Of a DNA stretch of 64,000 bases, positions 58,436 through 64,000 are shown piece after piece. Origin of the DNA: a virus (lineage: Duplodnaviria; Caudoviricetes); the IMG/VR virus record IMGVR_UViG_3300028832_000095, positions 1 through 64,000 of that record. The stretch is one strand, 5' to 3'. The notes beneath the pieces were generated by a model. It ran no database searches and was not told the DNA's origin. It was given only the letters and a program-made list of their open reading frames with translations. Made by a program: the position numbers and the translations under genes. Position 1 is the first letter of the stretch, and each line of letters starts with the position of its first letter.

Positions 58436-59692
58436 ATGTGTACTATTTGTGGTGGAACTGCCCTAAATGAAAACTTTCTTCCTATATTTCAAACATCCCT
58501 AGATCGCGGCCGAGATTATAGTAATGTTTTTTATAGAAAAGGAAGTTGGATTTGTAACCACCGGGCAGTTCCTACAACTGAAGTTGAGAACGCAGAATTT
58601 AACCAACCTTTCGGAACTGATTATAAAATAGTGCATAATGGAACTATTAGCAACGATAAAGAATTAGGTAACCCGGACGGTATGATTGATAGTTATATTT
58701 TTAGTAAAGTTCTTGACTTTACAAATATCCATTCACTTAGGGATAGTTTATATAAAGTGGTGGGAGCCTATGCCCTTGGAATTCTAAGACCAGATGGAAA
58801 TTTTTATTTGGCCTGTAATTATAAACCCATTTTTTATACATACGATAAACAAGGAAGTTTTTATTTTAGTTCCTACGAACATCATCTAAGCTCCGTTGGG
58901 GACGTTAAGAGAGTTCCTCCCTATTCAGTAATGGATTCTAAAACAGGGGAGATCGTAAGTATTAAAAGGGATATTCAGGATAGGGCCATTGTTATCGCCT
59001 CTGCCGGTTTGGATAGTACCGCGGTAGCGGCGTATGCCTGTGCCACACATAAAGAAGTGACTTTATTGCACTATAATTATGGTTGTTTGGCGGAAACACC
59101 TGAATTGATTCGAATTAAAAAGATTCAGGAATCCCTCAACCACACATATGGAAATTGTTCTTTATATGTAATGGATTTGGACCTACATTTTATGGCTCAT
59201 GCTAGTACAATTTTAGACGGTAAAGAAAACATTGCAGAAAGTGTTTCTGGAAGTGAATATGCCCATGAGTGGGTTCCTGCCCGTAACCTTATTATGATGT
59301 CAATGGCCGTGGGGTATGCGGAAGCAAATAATTTTAGTTATATTTACCTTGGTACAAACCTCGAGGAGTCCGGGGCATACCCAGACAATGAGGAACAGTT
59401 CATTAAAGACTTTAATAGATGCTTGTATGGGGCTGTTCAGAATGGTAAATATGTTGAAATTAGAACTCCTGTGGGTAATTTAATGAAACATGAAATTATT
59501 CCATTTGGTCTTAAATATAAGGCACCTTTTGAGCATACCTGGTCTTGTTATAGAAACGGGGATAAAGCCTGTGGACATTGTGGACCTTGTTTTATGAGAC
59601 AGAAAGCATTCTTCCGAAACGGTTTAGTAGATCCTATTGAATATGAAGAGCGTTTAGATTTTGAGGATAAGGAAAAAGATTATGCTAAATGA
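58436..59692 (+). CDS. gat-queC: Gat-QueC fusion (Ntn glutamine amidotransferase plus preQ0 synthase)
   Basis: N-terminal Cys2, HRAVP, HNGTI; SAGLDS, VPARN, YPD, TWSCY..CGHCGPC. Confidence 0.9.
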   Translation: MCTICGGTALNENFLPIFQTSLDRGRDYSNVFYRKGSWICNHRAVPTTEVENAEFNQPFGTDYKIVHNGTISNDKELGNPDGMIDSYIFSKVLDFTNIHSLRDSLYKVVGAYALGILRPDGNFYLACNYKPIFYTYDKQGSFYFSSYEHHLSSVGDVKRVPPYSVMDSKTGEIVSIKRDIQDRAIVIASAGLDSTAVAAYACATHKEVTLLHYNYGCLAETPELIRIKKIQESLNHTYGNCSLYVMDLDLHFMAHASTILDGKENIAESVSGSEYAHEWVPARNLIMMSMAVGYAEANNFSYIYLGTNLEESGAYPDNEEQFIKDFNRCLYGAVQNGKYVEIRTPVGNLMKHEIIPFGLKYKAPFEHTWSCYRNGDKACGHCGPCFMRQKAFFRNGLVDPIEYEERLDFEDKEKDYAK

Positions 59693-60068
59693 TAGGGATA
59701 AAAAAGATATAACTCCAGAAAAGGTATATGTAACATGGGATGATGTTGAAGAGTTCATAACTTGTGCATCTTCTTATCTAGGATTAGAAGCATTTTCTAA
59801 ATCCTATACAGGTGTATATGGACCTGCCCGAGGAGGACTTATATTTGCAGTTATACTTTCTAATAGGTTTAATCTTCCTTTTCTTGGGGCACCTCAGGTG
59901 GGTTGCATTTGTGTTGATGACATCTGTGATACAGGAGATACAGCCTTAGCATGGAGAAATAAGGGATATACTATTGCCACTATGTTTTATAAGAAAGGTG
60001 CTAAGGTTACTCCTGATTATTGGGCGAAAGAAAAAGAAGATAAGTGGATTGTATTCCCTTGGGAGTGA
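59682..60068 (+). CDS. purine phosphoribosyltransferase (Gpt-like)
   Basis: VTWDD, ARGGL, VDDICDTGDT, WIVFPWE. Confidence 0.85.
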   Translation: MLNDRDKKDITPEKVYVTWDDVEEFITCASSYLGLEAFSKSYTGVYGPARGGLIFAVILSNRFNLPFLGAPQVGCICVDDICDTGDTALAWRNKGYTIATMFYKKGAKVTPDYWAKEKEDKWIVFPWE

Positions 60069-60074
60069 ATTATT

Positions 60075-60554
60075 ATGTATAATGATAATATTATGAAGAC
60101 TACATCTAAGCATGCTTTGCTTGGATGTAGTCACAATAAAGGTGGACCTTTTGGTGCTTGTGTGGTAAAGGACGGAAATATTGTTTCACTTGATTATAAT
60201 TCTGTTTTAGTAGATAAAGATCCAACGGCTCATGCTGAGGTGAATGCAATAAGAAATGCTTCTAAAAAACTAGAAACATACGATCTTTCCGACTGTGAAT
60301 TATATGCAACAGGTTATCCTTGTCCAATGTGTTTAGGAGCTATAATGTGGGCAGGTATTAAGAAAGTATATGTTAGTGGATTACTTGAAGATGCCGAAAA
60401 GATTGGGTTTAAAGATAAAATTATATACGAGACTATTGACAATCTGAAAGATTTATGTTATAATACAAATAACTTAGAGCTAGAGTTTGTTGATAGAAGC
60501 ATAGCACAAACTCTATACGATAAGTACGAAAAACAAAAAGGAATTATTTATTAA
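60075..60554 (+). CDS. zinc-dependent nucleobase deaminase (GuaD-type guanine deaminase-like)
   Basis: GGPFGA, DPTAHAEVNAIR, PCPMC, C-terminal Tyr. Confidence 0.85.
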   Translation: MYNDNIMKTTSKHALLGCSHNKGGPFGACVVKDGNIVSLDYNSVLVDKDPTAHAEVNAIRNASKKLETYDLSDCELYATGYPCPMCLGAIMWAGIKKVYVSGLLEDAEKIGFKDKIIYETIDNLKDLCYNTNNLELEFVDRSIAQTLYDKYEKQKGIIY

Positions 60555-60565
60555 GGAGGTTTACC

Positions 60566-61024
60566 ATGAGTCGAATTAGTGTTTGTAGACACGTTGACTT
60601 CGAAGCAGCCCATATGTTAGAGGGGTATGTTGGTGGGTGCGGTTCCTGCCATGGACACTCGTATGGATTGGAAATTATTATTTCCTGTCCAGAATCTTCC
60701 AGAAAGGAAGGAAGATTTGGGTTTGTTTTAGACTTTAAGGAACTTGACAAAGTAATCAAAGAAAATGTTCCAGATCATATGTTTATGTTTAACGAAAATT
60801 GTAAAGAAGGTTCTGTCGAATATCAGATTGTTCAGATTCTTAAATCAAACAATCTCAGAACATGGGGATTTACTGATGTTCCATCTGCCGAGAATATGGT
60901 AGAGGAATTAGCATTTAACTTCCAAAGAGTGTTTGACTTATTTTATCCAGACTTACAAATCACGGTGGATGAACTTAGACTTTGGGAAACTAAGAACTCA
61001 CACGCTATATGGAAGAGGGGATAA
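60566..61024 (+). CDS. queD: 6-carboxytetrahydropterin synthase
   Basis: FEAAH, C...HGHSY, LDF, DH, PSAEN, LWET. Confidence 0.9.
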   Translation: MSRISVCRHVDFEAAHMLEGYVGGCGSCHGHSYGLEIIISCPESSRKEGRFGFVLDFKELDKVIKENVPDHMFMFNENCKEGSVEYQIVQILKSNNLRTWGFTDVPSAENMVEELAFNFQRVFDLFYPDLQITVDELRLWETKNSHAIWKRG

Positions 61025-61027
61025 CAC

Positions 61028-61729
61028 ATGAAAATAACAGAGTTATTCAAATCAATCGAAGGGGAAGGTATTAGAACTGGAAGAGTGTGTACTTTTGTCA
61101 GGAGTTTTGGATGTCCCCTCCGTTGCATCTACTGTGATTCTATGTACTCTAATGAAATAACTCCCGATCAAATCATACTGGATATGAGTGTTGAGGAGAT
61201 TGTAAACGAGTGTAAAAGAATGAAAACCCCTTATGTAACACTCACCGGTGGAGAGCCCTTAATTCAACCTGAAATAAATGAACTTATAGAATCCTTATTG
61301 GAAAATGGCTTTGAAGTTAATATAGAAACAAGTGGAGCTTGCGATATATCGACAGTACACGAATATCTTGCAAAAAAGAAAAAACATCCTCTTATGGATA
61401 AACTCATATTTACAGTAGATTATAAATCTTATTCCAGCAAATGTACTGGTATGATGATCATTGATAATTTCCTGAAACATATCCGGCCAACAGATGTTGT
61501 TAAATTTGTAGTAGGTTCTAAACAGGATCTGGATCAAATGAAGCACGTCGTAGAACTTATACAGGATTCTAAAAAGGAGTTTCAACCACATTTTTATGTA
61601 AGTCCTATTTTTGGAATGATTGAGCCTAAGGAGATTGTAGAGTACCTAAAAGAAAACGATCTTTTTGATGTTCAAGCTCAATTGCAAATTCATAAATTCA
61701 TTTGGGATAAAAATATGAAAGGAGTTTGA
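61028..61729 (+). CDS. queE: 7-carboxy-7-deazaguanine synthase (radical SAM)
   Basis: [32 protein letters not shown]. Confidence 0.92.
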   Translation: MKITELFKSIEGEGIRTGRVCTFVRSFGCPLRCIYCDSMYSNEITPDQIILDMSVEEIVNECKRMKTPYVTLTGGEPLIQPEINELIESLLENGFEVNIETSGACDISTVHEYLAKKKKHPLMDKLIFTVDYKSYSSKCTGMMIIDNFLKHIRPTDVVKFVVGSKQDLDQMKHVVELIQDSKKEFQPHFYVSPIFGMIEPKEIVEYLKENDLFDVQAQLQIHKFIWDKNMKGV

Positions 61730-62325
61730 TTGTTTTGGAGAAGAAAAAGAAGATCAATAAAAAACTTATTGAAAAGAGTGTAAGAAACATCCTTCTTGCA
61801 CTCGGGGACGATCCGGATAGAGAAGGACTTCTGGAAACTCCAAAAAGAGTAGCAAAGATGTATGAAGAAGTATTTGAAGGAATGCTTTATACAAATGATG
61901 AGATTGCTACTATGTTTGATAAGTGTTTTGAAGACACCACTATGGGGGATTTGGTAATTGTAGACGATATTCCTATTTTTAGTTATTGTGAACATCATAT
62001 TGCGTTGATGTACGATCTTTCAGTAGCAGTAGCATATATTCCAAAGGGTCGTGTTATTGGGCTTTCCAAAGTAGCCCGTATTGCTGATATGGTAGGTAAG
62101 CGTTTACAGCTTCAGGAACGTATTGGTAGTGATATAATGGAAATTATGCAAAAGATTCTTAAAACAGATGATGTTGCTGTTATTATTCAAGGTCGTCATA
62201 GTTGTATGGCGGCAAGAGGAATTAAGAAACCTAGCATTACAAGGACTTGTGCATTGGGTGGAGAGTTTAGAAACAATGCAGCTCTTCGTCAAGAACTGTA
62301 TTCAAATCTTAACCATAAAAATTAA
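61726..62325 (+). CDS. folE: GTP cyclohydrolase I
   Basis: [30 protein letters not shown]. Confidence 0.95.
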   Translation: MIVLEKKKKINKKLIEKSVRNILLALGDDPDREGLLETPKRVAKMYEEVFEGMLYTNDEIATMFDKCFEDTTMGDLVIVDDIPIFSYCEHHIALMYDLSVAVAYIPKGRVIGLSKVARIADMVGKRLQLQERIGSDIMEIMQKILKTDDVAVIIQGRHSCMAARGIKKPSITRTCALGGEFRNNAALRQELYSNLNHKN

Positions 62326-62340
62326 GGAGGAAAATAAACA

Positions 62341-63429
62341 ATGGGATCTTTAACAATCAAAACTGGTGTTCTGCAAAACCTTATGTCGAAGGCAGTAAAG
62401 GGAGCATCAAACAGTAAATTCAATGTTCTTACAAGTCTGATGCACGTTAAACTGGAAAACGGGATTCTGTCTATGACAACGACTGACAGTGATAATTATC
62501 TTACACTTAAACAGAAGGACGTAACAGGTGATAACCTTTCATTTACTGTAAATGTAAATACATTCAGTAAACTTGTGTTTAAGACAAGCTCCGAAAATAT
62601 CAAGATCTCTGTTACAGATGATACGATTTCTGTTTCAGGAAACGGTACTTATAAAATTCCAATTCAACTGGATGTTGACGGATCTGAGATTAAGTATCCA
62701 ACTCATGAAATCAATAATCCTGAATATTCCGGAACAGTTAAGACATCTGTTCTTAAAACAATCGTTCAGTATAATAAACCGTCTCTTGCACTGACAATGG
62801 AGAAACCGTATCTCACTCGTTATATGTGTGCCGATGATTGTGTTATTTCTGGTGATGAGTATAATATTTGTAGAAATAATGTATCTACTTTTGGAACAAA
62901 AATTTTAGTATCCCCGGTTGTAATGGAACTTCTTTGTATGTGTGAGGAAGAGGATATTTCTTATAAGATTTATCAGAATAATGCATTGTTTGAAACAGAA
63001 TCTATGAAGCTGTTTGCAATGCTATCTGATGGAGTTGAAGAATATCCAGTAGACCTTATTAAAGGGATCACGGAAGCGGAATACCCATCTGATTGTGTGA
63101 TTCCAAAAACAACTATGATCAATGTCATTGATAGACTTTCAATCTTCATTAACGACGATGATCAGAATGGACTTTACATGACATTTACAAAGGACGGCAT
63201 TAAGATGGAGTCTATGAAGAATGACGGAGTGGAGTCTGTTCCATATCAAGGAAGTAATAACTTTAAGGACTTCACTTGCTGCGTTGGTGTTGATTCATTT
63301 AGAAAGCAGCTCGCATCAAGAACAGGAGAATCTGTCCATATCTATTATGGTGACGATTCTACACTCACTCTCAAAGAAGGAAATATTATTCAGGTAATTT
63401 CTTTACAGGAAGATCCTAGAATGGAATGA
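62341..63429 (+). CDS. DNA polymerase III beta-clamp-like sliding clamp
   Basis: 362 aa, DnaN-like layout (LSMTTTD..YL, YP, LIDRLS-type segments). Confidence 0.72.
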   Translation: MGSLTIKTGVLQNLMSKAVKGASNSKFNVLTSLMHVKLENGILSMTTTDSDNYLTLKQKDVTGDNLSFTVNVNTFSKLVFKTSSENIKISVTDDTISVSGNGTYKIPIQLDVDGSEIKYPTHEINNPEYSGTVKTSVLKTIVQYNKPSLALTMEKPYLTRYMCADDCVISGDEYNICRNNVSTFGTKILVSPVVMELLCMCEEEDISYKIYQNNALFETESMKLFAMLSDGVEEYPVDLIKGITEAEYPSDCVIPKTTMINVIDRLSIFINDDDQNGLYMTFTKDGIKMESMKNDGVESVPYQGSNNFKDFTCCVGVDSFRKQLASRTGESVHIYYGDDSTLTLKEGNIIQVISLQEDPRME

Positions 63430-63440
63430 GGTAAATAAAT

Positions 63441-64000
63441 ATGCCCAAGATGAAATCACTTTTTAATGTGGATCGTCTTGTAAGTGGAAAGGATACCCCG
63501 ATTGAGGTATCCTTTCTACAAGATTTCGATTTCACACAAAGAAAGATGAATGAGTATGTTCCTCACTATTACTTTAAGAAAATAACACTCTCTGACTATC
63601 ATTCGGAAGACAAGATGACAAACATTGTTTGTTTAGATGTACTTCCAGAAGAATGTAAACCAGAAATGGTATATGAAACAAGTGATATTATATATCATAC
63701 AAATGATAATAATTATTATATTGGATGTTATTCTGATGGTAAACCTTCAAGAAGATATAAACCATCATTACTTCATTGTATCCGTCAAATGTATTATCAG
63801 ATAACTGGTGCGAATATGGATAAACAAAGTTCCAAGACAGGAGAGTTTTTATCCATATGTGAGTCCGGAACAGATAGGCATAAACGTATTCAAGAAGTTA
63901 TTTGTAATATGAAGAAACATGGCATTGATTGTGAGTATATTGATGTAGCAGATTATATTAAACAAAATAATTTGAATCTGGAAGTTGTAAGCAAAACAGA
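63441..64000 (+). CDS. PD-(D/E)XK / Cas4-like exonuclease, runs off the window end
   Basis: open frame from ATG 63441; PSLLHCIRQMYY...GTDRH; not in the ORF track. Confidence 0.6.
   Translation, partial: MPKMKSLFNVDRLVSGKDTPIEVSFLQDFDFTQRKMNEYVPHYYFKKITLSDYHSEDKMTNIVCLDVLPEECKPEMVYETSDIIYHTNDNNYYIGCYSDGKPSRRYKPSLLHCIRQMYYQITGANMDKQSSKTGEFLSICESGTDRHKRIQEVICNMKKHGIDCEYIDVADYIKQNNLNLEVVSKT

Noticed and set aside
63441-64000. Cas4-like gene as evidence of CRISPR-Cas
   Set aside because: No repeat-spacer array or other cas genes seen; stand-alone nucleases of this type are common in phage replication modules.
1-64000. tRNA, rRNA, integrase or lysis genes
   Set aside because: None recognised by eye; intergenic gaps are explained by promoters, terminators and introns.

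Overview
64 kb slice of a large, AT-rich tailed phage with a contractile tail. Strong GGAGG RBSs and sigma-A-type promoters suggest a Firmicutes host (inference). All credible genes are on the + strand. Gene order: early and putative head-packaged proteins (1-6.1 kb); a T4-like morphogenesis module (intein-containing terminase, portal, protease-scaffold, major capsid, neck, sheath, tube, chaperone, tape measure, baseplate; 6.3-42.8 kb); an origin-like intergenic region; a replication module (DUF932, SNF2 helicase, wHTH initiator, DnaC, DnaB, DnaG, SSB, PolA, beta-clamp, nuclease); and a 7-deazaguanine DNA-modification cluster (dpdA-like, gat-queC, queD, queE, folE) with a purine PRTase and a guanine-deaminase-like gene embedded. 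Highlights: (1) the major capsid gene is split by three group I introns, and the third carries a synonymously recoded duplicate of the terminal exon and appears to end in A rather than G, so splicing or not would give two equal-length capsid isoforms; (2) a naturally split intein fractures the SNF2 helicase; (3) a prfB-like +1 frameshift signal sits in the tail-chaperone position; (4) a kissing-loop RNA leader precedes the initiator genes. All calls come from reading the sequence by eye; no database searches were run.
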